Shown: piece by piece, positions 40,200 through 50,523 of the stretch
How positions within the stretch are numbered: position 1 is the first letter of the stretch
Layout of the letters: every line of letters begins with the position of its first letter
Origin: Sedimentisphaerales bacterium
Lineage (GTDB): Bacteria > Planctomycetota > Phycisphaerae > Sedimentisphaerales > SM23-30
Direction: 5' to 3'
Length of the DNA: 64,000 nt
Assembly (NCBI GenBank): GCA_963663805.2
Contig: CAXXMR010000020.1
Location: 96,001-160,000, forward strand
Program-made: the position numbers and the translations under genes
The notes under the pieces: model-generated
What the model was told of the DNA's origin: nothing
Database searches by the model: none
Seen by the model: only the letters and a program-made list of their open reading frames with translations

Positions 40200-41195
40200 A
40201 TGGCATCACAGATACGCTGGGGGATTATGGGTTGTGGGAAAATCGCGGGGACTTTCGCGGGTGACATGGTCTATGCCGCTGAGGCGAAGTTGGCGGCGGT
40301 TGGTTCGCGTTCGCTTGAAAAGGCGGAGGAGTTTGCCGGGCAGCATGGGGCTGAATTAGCGTATGGCAGTTATGAAGAATTAGCTGCAAGTAATGATGTG
40401 GACGTAATTTATGTGGCTACGCCGCATCCGTTTCATTATGAGAATGCCAAGCTCTGTCTGGAGAACGGCAAGTCGGTGCTTTGTGAGAAGCCCTTTACGT
40501 TGAACGCCCATGAAGCTAAGGAACTGGTTGCACTGGCCCGGTCGAAAGGGCTTTTTTTGATGGAAGCGATGTGGTCGCGGTTTTTGCCGGGCTGCGTAAC
40601 GCTTTATGAAATAGTAAGTTCCGGGCGAGTTGGTAAAGTTCTATATTATCGTGGGAGCTTTGGGGTTAAGTTTGAGGTGGGACCGGAACATCGGATATTT
40701 AATCCGGATTTGGGGGGCGGGGCGCTGCTGGATTTGGGGGTTTATCCGATATCGCAGGCATCGCTGGTGTTTGGCGGGCGGCCCGTCGAGGTTAAAGCGG
40801 TGACTCTGATGGGGGAAACTGGGGTTGATGTGAATGCGGCAATCTCGCTTTTGTATGAGGGGGGCGGGGTGGCGAGTATTTTTGCCAGTTCGCTGGTGGA
40901 AGCAGACAATGAAGGGCTGATAGTAGGGACTGGTGGTAAGGTTCTGTTGCGGCCTAAGTTACATCGTCCTGAGGAGGTGGTGCTGGAGGTTGAGGGGGCA
41001 GAGCGGGAGGTTATCGACTGTCGATTTGAGGGGCGGGGTTATCATTTTCAGGTTTCTCATGTGGGGCAGTGTCTGCGGTCGGGTAAGGTGGAAAGTGAGA
41101 TAATGAGTTTGGCGGAAACGGTGGCGATAATGGAGACGATGGATGAGGTGCGGCGGCAGTGGGGGCTGGGGTATCCGGGTGAGGAGAATTTGTGA
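40200..41195 (+). CDS. Gfo/Idh/MocA oxidoreductase
   Basis: WGIMGCG.IA, YVATPH..H, VLCEKP, GGGALLDLGVY. Confidence 0.93.
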   Translation: MASQIRWGIMGCGKIAGTFAGDMVYAAEAKLAAVGSRSLEKAEEFAGQHGAELAYGSYEELAASNDVDVIYVATPHPFHYENAKLCLENGKSVLCEKPFTLNAHEAKELVALARSKGLFLMEAMWSRFLPGCVTLYEIVSSGRVGKVLYYRGSFGVKFEVGPEHRIFNPDLGGGALLDLGVYPISQASLVFGGRPVEVKAVTLMGETGVDVNAAISLLYEGGGVASIFASSLVEADNEGLIVGTGGKVLLRPKLHRPEEVVLEVEGAEREVIDCRFEGRGYHFQVSHVGQCLRSGKVESEIMSLAETVAIMETMDEVRRQWGLGYPGEENL

Positions 41196-41373
41196 TATAG
41201 GTCCTTTTGCGTTGGCAGAATTGCGGTGATTTGGATTGCAAGTTCTTATTTTCGTGAGGGTGAATTGCTGTAAGTCCTTATTTATTTTGACGAAACAGCG
41301 CGAATGGCACCCAATTTTCGGCGCGGTTCGGCCTGAAGCGACCGGTTTTTGACGATTTTTTTGAAAAAATGGC

Positions 41374-42822
41374 CAATCCTGTTCGGCACATTTATTGCTT
41401 TAGGCTTTTGGCCTCCTGTATTTTTTTTAAAAAAAACCCGAAATGTTAAGATAGGTAATTTGCGCTCGAGGGATATTTATGCTCTAATAGGAGGCATGAG
41501 TGCTAAGCGTAAAAAAATCCAGGAGCGGGACCTGCGTGGGTTCAAGTATTTCAAGTCCCTCTCGGCTCTGCTGAAAGGTCTTCACTCGGCGGGATGTGAG
41601 CGGGACCGGGCCGGCAATCGCACATTATTCATGGACCAGTATGTCAGTCTGCTGCTGTTATACATGTTCAATCCGATCTGCAGTTCCATCCGGTCTTTGC
41701 AGCAGGCCGGCGAGCTCAAAAAGGTACAGCGGCTGTTGGGTTGTTCGCGTGCTTCGCTGGGTTCGCTTTCGGAAGCATCCCGGGTTTTTGAGAGTTCTTT
41801 GTTAGAGCCGATAATCGCTCAACTCACTGAGCAGTTAGGGCCGATATCTCAGGACAAAAAACTGGAAGTCGGTCAGGTCATTACCCTGGTGGACGGCAGC
41901 AGTATTCAGGCTTTGCAAAAACTCACTCAGGCTGCCTGGGACACCGACAAACCCGGAATTAAAGCACACACTCAGTTTGATCTGGAAAAATATGTGCCTC
42001 TGAAAATAAATATCAGTGAAGACAAGTCTGATGAGCGAAAGGTTTTTTTAGAGAATCTTCAGCCCGGCCGGATTTATGTCAATGATCGCGGATATGCCTG
42101 TTTTAAGCTGTTTCAGGCCATTGTGGATAGTAAAAGCTCTTTTGTCTGTCGGCTGCGTGAGGATACGGTTTACGAAACTATTCAGGAAAAACCTTTAACT
42201 GAAGATGCTCGAAAAGCGGGGATAATTTTTGATCGTACGGTAATCGCCGGCAGCAGTGAAAAACTGCGGGAAGATTTCAAACAACCGTTACGCCTGATAG
42301 CGGTTGAATGTCAACCGCATTTGAAACGGGGCCAGGGACCACGTCAGAGTGAGATGATTTTGATTGCCACCGACCGGCTGGACCTGGACGCCGAAGTCAT
42401 TGCCCTGCTCTATCAGAAACGCTGGGCCATCGAAATATTTTTCCGCTTTTTTAAGCATGTGCTGGGCTGCCGACATCTGCTAAGCCTCTGCGAAAACGGT
42501 ATCGAACTACAGATGTACGCCGCGATTATCGCCTGTATGCTGATCAGCCTGTGGACGGGCAAAAAACCAACTTTAAGAACCTACGAAATGCTCTGCTGGC
42601 ACCTCTGCGGCATGGCCGACGAGCAAGAAATGCAGAACCATATCAATAAACTCCAAAGCCAAAACTAAGGCCGATCCTCAAAAAAATCGCCGCTGCCGCT
42701 GATGCTGCGCCAAAATAACCAGTGCCGACAGTCCCACTGAGGGATAATCCCCGCTAAATCATATGAACTGCAAAGACCACAGAAAAACTGTATTTGAGCA
42801 ATAAATGTGCCGAACAGGATTG
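41374..42822 (+). mobile_element. IS4-family element, intact
   Basis: Perfect 26-bp IR CAATCCTGTTCGGCACATTTATTGCT; 9-bp target duplication AAAAATGGC (41365-41373, 42823-42831). Confidence 0.95.
41496..42668 (+). CDS. IS4-family DDE transposase
   Basis: VDGS, DRGY, Y..RW.IE.FFR..K (YREK); RBS AGGAGG. Confidence 0.93.
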   Translation: MSAKRKKIQERDLRGFKYFKSLSALLKGLHSAGCERDRAGNRTLFMDQYVSLLLLYMFNPICSSIRSLQQAGELKKVQRLLGCSRASLGSLSEASRVFESSLLEPIIAQLTEQLGPISQDKKLEVGQVITLVDGSSIQALQKLTQAAWDTDKPGIKAHTQFDLEKYVPLKINISEDKSDERKVFLENLQPGRIYVNDRGYACFKLFQAIVDSKSSFVCRLREDTVYETIQEKPLTEDARKAGIIFDRTVIAGSSEKLREDFKQPLRLIAVECQPHLKRGQGPRQSEMILIATDRLDLDAEVIALLYQKRWAIEIFFRFFKHVLGCRHLLSLCENGIELQMYAAIIACMLISLWTGKKPTLRTYEMLCWHLCGMADEQEMQNHINKLQSQN

Positions 42823-43239
42823 AAAAATGGCTGAAAAATAGATTTTATCCGCAGATTTTTTAAGAAGGCAAGAGGCATTAGGCATGAGGCAGAAGTGAAC
42901 GGCCAGGTTTCGACCTGCGGTCGAGGGTTGAATGATTAACGGCGAGGTGCTGCCTTGGGCAGGGGTTGTTTTTATTTTTTTCTTTTAACCGGGGGCTTAC
43001 GCACCCCGGCTATTCGCTCTTTCGACCCCTTTGGGTCTTTGACGGGGAAGAATTTATGGACAGGGGGGACATTGTGGACTTAATGGACTTGTCTGGACGG
43101 GCTGGACTATCGGGGCGGGTTTTTGTGGTTTGTCCTGGCGTTGGCGTTTCGGGCTACTGTTGGTGGTTGGGATAAATAATTGTACCGGACGGACACCGTT
43201 TCCTCCCGGACACCGTTTCCTCCCCCCGTCCTTGACTTT

Positions 43240-43770
43240 TCAAGGGTAGAAGGCGGCGATTGCTATTGTCAGCCAGATGATTAGGGCGGCGGCGATTTTG
43301 CAGATTGTTCCGGTTAGGTATCCCAGGCCTGCTCCTACGCCGCTGCGGATAGCTTCGGGGTGGGAGCGGCCGCTTTTTTTCTCCCTGAAGGCTGCTCCGG
43401 CGGCGGCACCCAGGCAGGCTCCGATGAGTGTTCCTAAAAGAGGGACGGGGATTATGACCGTTCCGGTGATGGCACCGATGACTCCGCCGATGAGGGCTCC
43501 TAATGCTCCGCGTGAACTGCCGCCGGCGCGTTTGGCACCGACAACCCCGGCGAATAATTCGGTTAGCTCGGCGAGTACGGCAATTACGACAATGCTGATT
43601 AACAGGGGTGTGCTGAAGTAGTCTGTGGGGCTTTTCCAGAGGTCCAGAGCGATGGTAGAGGCAATCATGAGCCAGTTGCCGGGCATTCCAAAGAAAACCA
43701 GGGTCAGCCAGAGAAGGTTGAGCAGGATTAGCAGGATGGGCCAGAGATATTGGAGGATTGTTTCGGTCAT
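43240..43770 (-). CDS. DUF456-like membrane protein
   Basis: GMPG.WL, GAKR.G.S..G..GA..G. Confidence 0.8.
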   Translation of the reverse strand: MTETILQYLWPILLILLNLLWLTLVFFGMPGNWLMIASTIALDLWKSPTDYFSTPLLISIVVIAVLAELTELFAGVVGAKRAGGSSRGALGALIGGVIGAITGTVIIPVPLLGTLIGACLGAAAGAAFREKKSGRSHPEAIRSGVGAGLGYLTGTICKIAAALIIWLTIAIAAFYP

Positions 43771-43774
43771 TTTG

Positions 43775-44830
43775 TTAATTTTTCACTGGGAGTGTATTGT
43801 CCTTTTGGGGCCATTTGGTGGGGTGGAAGTGCAGATTGGCGGCGGTCAGGATGGGCAGTACATGTTGGACCATTTCGTAATGGTTTTTGGGGTACCAGAT
43901 GATTTTGGTTTGGGCTTTTTGGGCGAATTTTTCAGCGCATTGGGGTGGGACGACGGTATCTTTGGAGCCGCTGACCATTAGTATCTGGGAGTTTTGCAGG
44001 CGGTGGGCGTAGGTAAGCGGTTCGATAGATTTGAGCATTTCGGTGAGTTTTTCGGGGGTGATTTGCTGGTTGAGGATACTTTTTTTGATTCTGCGTACTT
44101 CGGGTTCTTCGGTCATAAGTACGGTGCTGAGGTCGCCGCCGGCCATTATGACGGCTGCTTTGGGGAATTGGGCATCCACTCCGGCAGCGAGTGCGGCGAT
44201 GAATCCGCCGAGGCTTACTCCGCAGATTCCGATCTGGTCGGGGTTGATATGGTTCTGAGCAGCGAGGCAGCGGGCGGTTCGTCTTATGTCCCAGACGGCT
44301 TGTTCGATGGCTGTGATGAGTTGTTCGGGGTTGTCAGTCATTTTGAGGAGTCGGCCCTGGTCCAGGCCGCGGCGGGGGCCGAAACAGGGCAGGTACATTA
44401 TACAGGCATCAATGCCGCTGCCGGCGAGACTGGTGGCGATAAAACGGGGGACGTACATGGAGCCGTCGAGGATGTCGAGCAGGATGACGACGGGTCGCTT
44501 CTGAGGGCCTTTGCATTGATAATATTCGCAGACGATAGTATTGTTTTCGGCGACATCGCCTTGCAGGGGTGAAGGAAAGCTTAGTTCGTAGACTTGATTG
44601 ATATTGCGGATATCGAGGAGCCTTTTCTGATATTGAAATTCCAGAGCGGGCCCCTGATAGCGTTTGAGCAGTTGGTCGACTTCGGGGTTATCATCGGGAG
44701 GGATAGGTCGGTTGATTTGGGCTGATACTGTCGCGGTTATGACTGCTGGTTCTGCGGCGGGTGGAGTCTGGGCGGTTGTAAAATTAAGGATGACGGTAAG
44801 CAGTAAACAGGTTGTTTTCGGGTGCTTCAT
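43775..44830 (-). CDS. Alpha/beta hydrolase family protein
   Basis: G.SLGG nucleophile elbow, D.VVP, C-terminal His. Confidence 0.85.
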   Translation of the reverse strand: MKHPKTTCLLLTVILNFTTAQTPPAAEPAVITATVSAQINRPIPPDDNPEVDQLLKRYQGPALEFQYQKRLLDIRNINQVYELSFPSPLQGDVAENNTIVCEYYQCKGPQKRPVVILLDILDGSMYVPRFIATSLAGSGIDACIMYLPCFGPRRGLDQGRLLKMTDNPEQLITAIEQAVWDIRRTARCLAAQNHINPDQIGICGVSLGGFIAALAAGVDAQFPKAAVIMAGGDLSTVLMTEEPEVRRIKKSILNQQITPEKLTEMLKSIEPLTYAHRLQNSQILMVSGSKDTVVPPQCAEKFAQKAQTKIIWYPKNHYEMVQHVLPILTAANLHFHPTKWPQKDNTLPVKN

Positions 44831-45243
44831 ATAATTCCTCAATCGGTGGTTCTTGAACCCCGCCAATTGTCGAAATCCTGTCGGTTTTCGTCTGCGGGGC
44901 GGGGCAAACTGGTAACGGCATGGTTTAGTTGTTTGTCCGCCGGCTGGTTGGACAAAAATATCTTAACGAGGTGATTATAGCGTGCCTTAAGGCTGGTGTC
45001 TAATCCTGGTCCGTCCGGGCTGGTGAGGATGGGCGGGAGAGGGGGTTGGCTGGGTCGGCTGGCTGATAGAATAGCATCGGTAGAACGTTAAGTTTTGGTT
45101 ATCAGGCGGACGGTCATTTGTCGCAAAATGGTTGAGGAACGTCGTGATATGGCTTTGTGATTTGAGTGGGTTGGTGTTACTATCTGGTAAGTCGCGACAA
45201 GGCAGGATTTGCTTTAAGGCTGTTTTAAATAAGGAGATATACA

Positions 45244-46119
45244 GTGAAAAGAAGGGCTTTTACGCTGGTAGAGCTTTTAGTTGTGGTGGCAATCATAGCT
45301 CTTTTAGTGAGTATTCTTTTGCCGGCGTTGGGTTCGGCTCGGACTCAGGCGAGGGTTTTGAGCTGTATGGCTAATGCCAAGCAGATTGGTACGCTGGTGG
45401 CTGTTTATCAGGCGGATTATGACGGATATGTTCCCAAGATGCTGAATATCTGGGGGAATGAGTTTGCTCCGAGTGAGTCGGTGTTTTTATCGGTTGCTTT
45501 GCGGGATTATTATGATTTGAAGATACCGTCGGGTTGGAAGCCTGATGAGCGTAATTTCGGCGGGTCTTATGGTAATGAAGTGCGGACGTATCAGAAAGAA
45601 TATGTGCCGGAGTTTTTTGTTTGTCCGTTTTTGCGAGGCAAGCCGGTGGCGGATACCTGGTGGGAGCAAACGGGAACGTTTAGTGTTTCGGGTGAGGTTT
45701 TTAAGGCTTATAGTCTGAAAGGTGCGGTTGAAAGTTACAATACTCATTTATGGCTTAAGAAGCGGGGCGATATTATTACGTCGGCGTTGGGCGGAACTGA
45801 TGACGGGGTGCGTAAATATGGGGTGTTGAACTGGTGGGAGCCGCTGTCGGTGCCGGCGGGCGGGAATGCTCGTGATAATTTTGATCAGACTCGGCCTGTG
45901 CGGTGGTCGAGTGTTAGTCTGGCGGCGACGAAGGTGGGAAGTTTGTCGGATGCTACAGCGTTTTATTGCGGGGCGGGTGAGTTTCTTGGTTCAGGCGGCA
46001 CTACGATGGGGTGGTATAATCAGGGCAGCCATAAGCGGGGCAATGACGGCGGGACAGTGGGTGGTTTTGGTGATATGCATGTTGAGTGGGTTAAAGGTAC
46101 TCAGATAGGTGATCGTTAA
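45244..46119 (+). CDS. Prepilin-type N-terminal cleavage/methylation protein (DUF1559-like)
   Basis: [28 protein letters not shown]-terminal H...F.D.HVEW. Confidence 0.9.
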   Translation: MKRRAFTLVELLVVVAIIALLVSILLPALGSARTQARVLSCMANAKQIGTLVAVYQADYDGYVPKMLNIWGNEFAPSESVFLSVALRDYYDLKIPSGWKPDERNFGGSYGNEVRTYQKEYVPEFFVCPFLRGKPVADTWWEQTGTFSVSGEVFKAYSLKGAVESYNTHLWLKKRGDIITSALGGTDDGVRKYGVLNWWEPLSVPAGGNARDNFDQTRPVRWSSVSLAATKVGSLSDATAFYCGAGEFLGSGGTTMGWYNQGSHKRGNDGGTVGGFGDMHVEWVKGTQIGDR

Positions 46120-46151
46120 AGTTGCGTAACGGGAAATGTTTTTACAGGAGA

Positions 46152-46853
46152 ATGAAAATGTTGAAAAGAAGTGTGCAAATGACTTTGGTGCTGGTAATGC
46201 TGGTTTCGGTTTGTGGGGCAGGTAATGTTCGCTGGAAATCCGTTTGGGAAGATAATGACTGGACGAACGCAAATAACTGGGATACGGGTACGGTGCCGAC
46301 TTCGGCGGATTTGGCGTTTATTGAAAGGGCTGTCGAGGTGCATCTGAATACGAGTACGGTGGTACTGGACCAGTTGCTCCTGGGCGGGCCCAATGGTACT
46401 TTATATGTCAACAGCGGTCAGGCAATAACTGCAAATCATATCAAGATTGGTGAATATGCGGGACATTCTGGCTTTCTTTATGTTGACGGCGGAACGATTA
46501 ATGTTGGTGGTTGGATGAGGCTTTCGCGTGCTGATGATCCTACGAGTAGGGCCTATGTTGAGCTTACCAGCGGGACTATAAGCGTGGGGACGTTGAATTT
46601 TGAGGAGCATGGCACTACTACCGGTTACGGCACAACGTTCAATATTACTGGTGGTGATTTGTATATTAGTGGCGACCGGCAGAGTGTAGTACAGACTTAT
46701 GTTGCGGCGGGCGCCTTGACGGGTAACGGCAACAGCGCGAACATTCGTTATGAGTATGTTAACGGCAAGACTCATGTTTACGCAGTGCCGGAGCCGATGA
46801 GTCTGATTCTGTTGGGGCTGGGTAGTGTTGGTGTTGTTCGACGGAAAAAATAG
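46152..46853 (+). CDS. PEP-CTERM protein
   Basis: Signal peptide; VPEPMSLILLGLG...RRKK. Confidence 0.92.
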   Translation: MKMLKRSVQMTLVLVMLVSVCGAGNVRWKSVWEDNDWTNANNWDTGTVPTSADLAFIERAVEVHLNTSTVVLDQLLLGGPNGTLYVNSGQAITANHIKIGEYAGHSGFLYVDGGTINVGGWMRLSRADDPTSRAYVELTSGTISVGTLNFEEHGTTTGYGTTFNITGGDLYISGDRQSVVQTYVAAGALTGNGNSANIRYEYVNGKTHVYAVPEPMSLILLGLGSVGVVRRKK

Positions 46854-46899
46854 AGATAATTGATAGTATGTTTCTAATATCATTGTAAGGGAGTAAAAG

Positions 46900-49800
46900 A
46901 TGAAACTACATTTCGGGATGATTTTGGCTTTGGTTATGGTTGTTCTTGGTTCTGCCGGTCAGGCGGACCAGGTACGGTGGAATTCCTCTTGGGTTGATAC
47001 TTATTGGGACACCTCTGGTAACTGGAATACGGGTACGGTGCCGGGTTCGGCGGATTTGGCTTTTATTGAAAAGGCGGTGAGCGTTTCGCTGAATGGCAGT
47101 TCGCCTGATGTTGACCAGCTTTTTGTGGGCGGCAGCGGAGCTTCCAATTCGCAGATTACCGTCGCGACGGGTGAGACTATTAGCACGAATTATCTGAAGA
47201 TATCCGAGTATGATAATTACAAAGGTGATGTTTTGGTTGAGGGCGGTAATATTGTGGTCAATAACGCGATTCGGATGTCGCGTGCGGACCATGTGGAGAC
47301 TTTGGGTTATCTGGGGATAGCCAGTGGCAGTGTTGAGGCTGGTTCTTTGGTTCTGGACGAGAACGGTGATACTACCGGGCTGGGTTCTTTGATTGATATT
47401 GAAGAAGGGTATCTGGCGGTTTCGGGTAATGTGGTTGACGCGATGATTGGCTATGTCGAGAATGGTCAGCTTACCGGTTATCAGGGCGGTGAGAATGTGC
47501 GGATTAAATATGACAGTGGTGAGGTGAAGACCTACGCTTATGGTGATCCGAACGACATTGCTCTGGGCAGTGTTCTGGTGCGTTATCATTACGCTTTTGA
47601 GGACGGCGACTGGTTTAATCCCAAAAACTGGGATGTTCCAACTTATGGCGGGGGATACCGGGTGCCGCGTGTGGTTGATTTCGCATTTGTGGACCGTAAT
47701 GTCGAGCCTTATATCGAAAACGGTACGGCCAAGGCCTACGATATGTTTATGGGCGAGAATCTGGGTGGGCAGAGTTATGAAGTAAAGTTGACCGTTGGTT
47801 CGGGCGGGGTTTTGGAAATAACTCGTATTCTGGCGATAGCTGAGTACGCAAACAGTAACGGTACTCTTATTGTTGATGACGGTGGTTATGTTAATGTGGT
47901 GGGCACGTTGCGGATGTCGCGTAATGATTCGGCGAATTGTTTTGCCAAGATAATCGTTAATGACGGCGGCAGTTTCCGTACGAGAAACGCTACTTATGAC
48001 CAGAACGGTACGGTTTACGGCAATAACTGCACAATCGAACTTGACGGCAGTGGTACGTTTACGGCTTCGTTTAACCGGGTTTCGGTTTATGAAGGTTTAA
48101 TCGCTGCCGGAAAGATTTATGGTAACGGGGTTCAGGGTGCGGCAATCGCCGAGTATGATTCGGAAGATAATGTTACGGTGGTTCGCGCCTTGTCGGAAGA
48201 AGAGATGAATCAGCAGATATGGGTTACCTGGAAGGAAACCTGGGAAGATGATGACTGGTTCAATCTGAATAACTGGTTACTTCACAGTGGCAGTACCGGG
48301 CTGATGATTCGACCTTTGACGCTGGAAGATTATGCTTTTATCGACAGGAATGTCGAAGTCAAGATAGCTGGTGAAGCTTTGGCTAAGCGGGTGTTTATGG
48401 GAGAAAGGGGTCCGGTGACGCTTACGGTGGAGCAGGGGGGGAGTCTCCACGTAGCGGATGCTTTTTTTGTAGCTCGTTATGATGTCAGTGACGCAATTTT
48501 GAAGGTTGATGATGGTTCGGTTCTGGTTGACGGCACTTTGTATGTTTCGGAAAATGATATTTCGACCTGTACGGGTCACGTTGAGCTTATCGATGGTGTG
48601 ATTGATTGTTACCGACTGAATCTGGATGCCAAGGGCACGACCAGTCCGGGTGCGAGTTTTAATATCAAAGACGGTATATTGAAGACCAATTACAGCTATC
48701 TGTCGGAAGTTGAAGGTTATATTGCGGATGGTTATCTGACCGGCTATGGCCAGAGTGATACTTTGACGACTCAGATTCTGGATGGTAAGGTCTGGGTCTG
48801 GGCGACTGATCCGAATTACGCTTATAACCCTGATCCGGCGGATAATACCAAGTGGCTGGACCCGTGTTCGATCACTTTGAGCTGGTCGGCGGGCGGTTCG
48901 ACGCTTAGTCATAATGTTTATTTCGGCGGTGAAGAAATTCTGGCTGATATAAACGGTGACGGTGTGATTGACAGTGATGATCTGGTGTTCATTTTCTCTG
49001 ACTGGCTGGGTTTCGACAAATCTGATTTCAGTCTGAAGGCTGATCTGGACCGGAACGGCAGTGTTGATCTGGCAGATTTCGCTATAGTGGCAGCTAATAT
49101 GGGTTCTGATTTGAGCGGCTCTTTCAAGGGCAATCAGGGCGGCACTAGTTATGTTTGCGGTCCGTTGAATTACGGTCAGAGATATTACTGGCGAATCGAT
49201 GAAGTGAAGGCTGGTGGGACGTTGGCAGGTGATGTCTGGAGATTCAGTACGGCAAATGACAGTCAGACGGTAGGCACGCCTATCATCTGGACGGCTGCTA
49301 CGCCGGACTATACTCAGGCGAATGCCGGTCTGCCGGTTCTCAATGCCAGCCATGCTCAGATTCATTATGGCAGTCCTGTCGAAAGCGGCGGGGACGGGCT
49401 GGTAAATCATTTTTCGTTTATCTGTGAGTATAATGGTTATCTGGTCGCGAGCTGGCAATCTCACAAGGACACTTTTGACGCGGCGGGCAGTCGGGTGTTG
49501 TACAGTGCCAGCAGTGACGGAGTGATCTGGACTGCGGCGGTGCCGGTTATAGATTCTCTCTCCGCGGTGGGGGATAATACCGTTGATGGTTATATTTGTT
49601 ACAATCAATGGTTCCGTGAAGTAGACGGTACTCTTTACGAAATCGTCAAGGTCAGACGTAAGCTGTCGGGCAGTTGGAAGGGTGAATTTTATATTGCCCG
49701 GAAGTTTGATGCCACGGCGGTTGTGGATGGTGCCCCGTTCTGGCTGGAGACGGAAACTCCGGCAGATTCGCTGGGTGATTATGCGAATTTAACCGATTTG

Positions 49801-50385
49801 CAGATGAGTAATCCGACGTTGTATGCTGATGCGGCGGCGTTGAGAGATTATATAGACGCTTATCATGATTACTATGGTCATTTTGCTTCATACGGCAGCA
49901 GAGGGTATACGAGCGGTATAGACGGTAATTTGTTGTTTGAGCCGTCGTTCTTTACCCGGCCTGATGGTCGTGAGGTGATGGTGGCGCGGGCGGCAGGTTC
50001 GTATCAGAGGTTGTTCGCGGTTGACCGGGTTGCCGGCGGCTTGTGGACCGGTGCGGCGGAGACTAATATCCAGGATTCGCCGGCTCTGAGCCGTTCGGGT
50101 AATCTGCCGGATGGTACGTGTTATCTGCTGGGCAATCATGTTGCTTATCTGGATGGTTCGGGAGACCGTAACCCGCTGACGATAGTGCTTTCGAGCGATG
50201 GTGTTTACTTTGACAGGGCTTATGCGGTAAGGGCGACGCCTTATGCCCGTAATTACGAGATATCCTCGAAAATAGGTTGTCAGTATCCGGACGCGGTGGT
50301 CGCCGATGGTTATTTGTGGGTGGTTTATTCGATACACGCTCAGGATATTGGGGTATCGAAAATCGCTTTGACAGAGCTGGACTGA
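46900..50385 (+). CDS. Secreted multidomain protein: three beta-rich repeats, dockerin-like motifs, BNR/sialidase-like propeller
   Basis: W....NW...P...D.AF repeats; DINGDG.ID..DL; S.DG..W/F Asp-boxes, R.PL...LS.DG, QYP. Confidence 0.75.
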   Translation: MKLHFGMILALVMVVLGSAGQADQVRWNSSWVDTYWDTSGNWNTGTVPGSADLAFIEKAVSVSLNGSSPDVDQLFVGGSGASNSQITVATGETISTNYLKISEYDNYKGDVLVEGGNIVVNNAIRMSRADHVETLGYLGIASGSVEAGSLVLDENGDTTGLGSLIDIEEGYLAVSGNVVDAMIGYVENGQLTGYQGGENVRIKYDSGEVKTYAYGDPNDIALGSVLVRYHYAFEDGDWFNPKNWDVPTYGGGYRVPRVVDFAFVDRNVEPYIENGTAKAYDMFMGENLGGQSYEVKLTVGSGGVLEITRILAIAEYANSNGTLIVDDGGYVNVVGTLRMSRNDSANCFAKIIVNDGGSFRTRNATYDQNGTVYGNNCTIELDGSGTFTASFNRVSVYEGLIAAGKIYGNGVQGAAIAEYDSEDNVTVVRALSEEEMNQQIWVTWKETWEDDDWFNLNNWLLHSGSTGLMIRPLTLEDYAFIDRNVEVKIAGEALAKRVFMGERGPVTLTVEQGGSLHVADAFFVARYDVSDAILKVDDGSVLVDGTLYVSENDISTCTGHVELIDGVIDCYRLNLDAKGTTSPGASFNIKDGILKTNYSYLSEVEGYIADGYLTGYGQSDTLTTQILDGKVWVWATDPNYAYNPDPADNTKWLDPCSITLSWSAGGSTLSHNVYFGGEEILADINGDGVIDSDDLVFIFSDWLGFDKSDFSLKADLDRNGSVDLADFAIVAANMGSDLSGSFKGNQGGTSYVCGPLNYGQRYYWRIDEVKAGGTLAGDVWRFSTANDSQTVGTPIIWTAATPDYTQANAGLPVLNASHAQIHYGSPVESGGDGLVNHFSFICEYNGYLVASWQSHKDTFDAAGSRVLYSASSDGVIWTAAVPVIDSLSAVGDNTVDGYICYNQWFREVDGTLYEIVKVRRKLSGSWKGEFYIARKFDATAVVDGAPFWLETETPADSLGDYANLTDLQMSNPTLYADAAALRDYIDAYHDYYGHFASYGSRGYTSGIDGNLLFEPSFFTRPDGREVMVARAAGSYQRLFAVDRVAGGLWTGAAETNIQDSPALSRSGNLPDGTCYLLGNHVAYLDGSGDRNPLTIVLSSDGVYFDRAYAVRATPYARNYEISSKIGCQYPDAVVADGYLWVVYSIHAQDIGVSKIALTELD

Positions 50386-50523
50386 TTGATGTGAGTAAAA
50401 CAGGCGTGATTCTTTGGGTGAGGGTCACGCCTGCTATTTTTGTGAGTATTGACTGGGCCGGGATGTTCGGTTACAAGCTATAGAGGTTATTCTTACTTTA
50501 TACACTTGTTTTCAGGTAAAAAA

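Noticed and set aside
44890..44945. c-di-GMP-I riboswitch suggested by GGCAAAC
   Set aside because: No following GNRA-capped stem or second conserved hairpin
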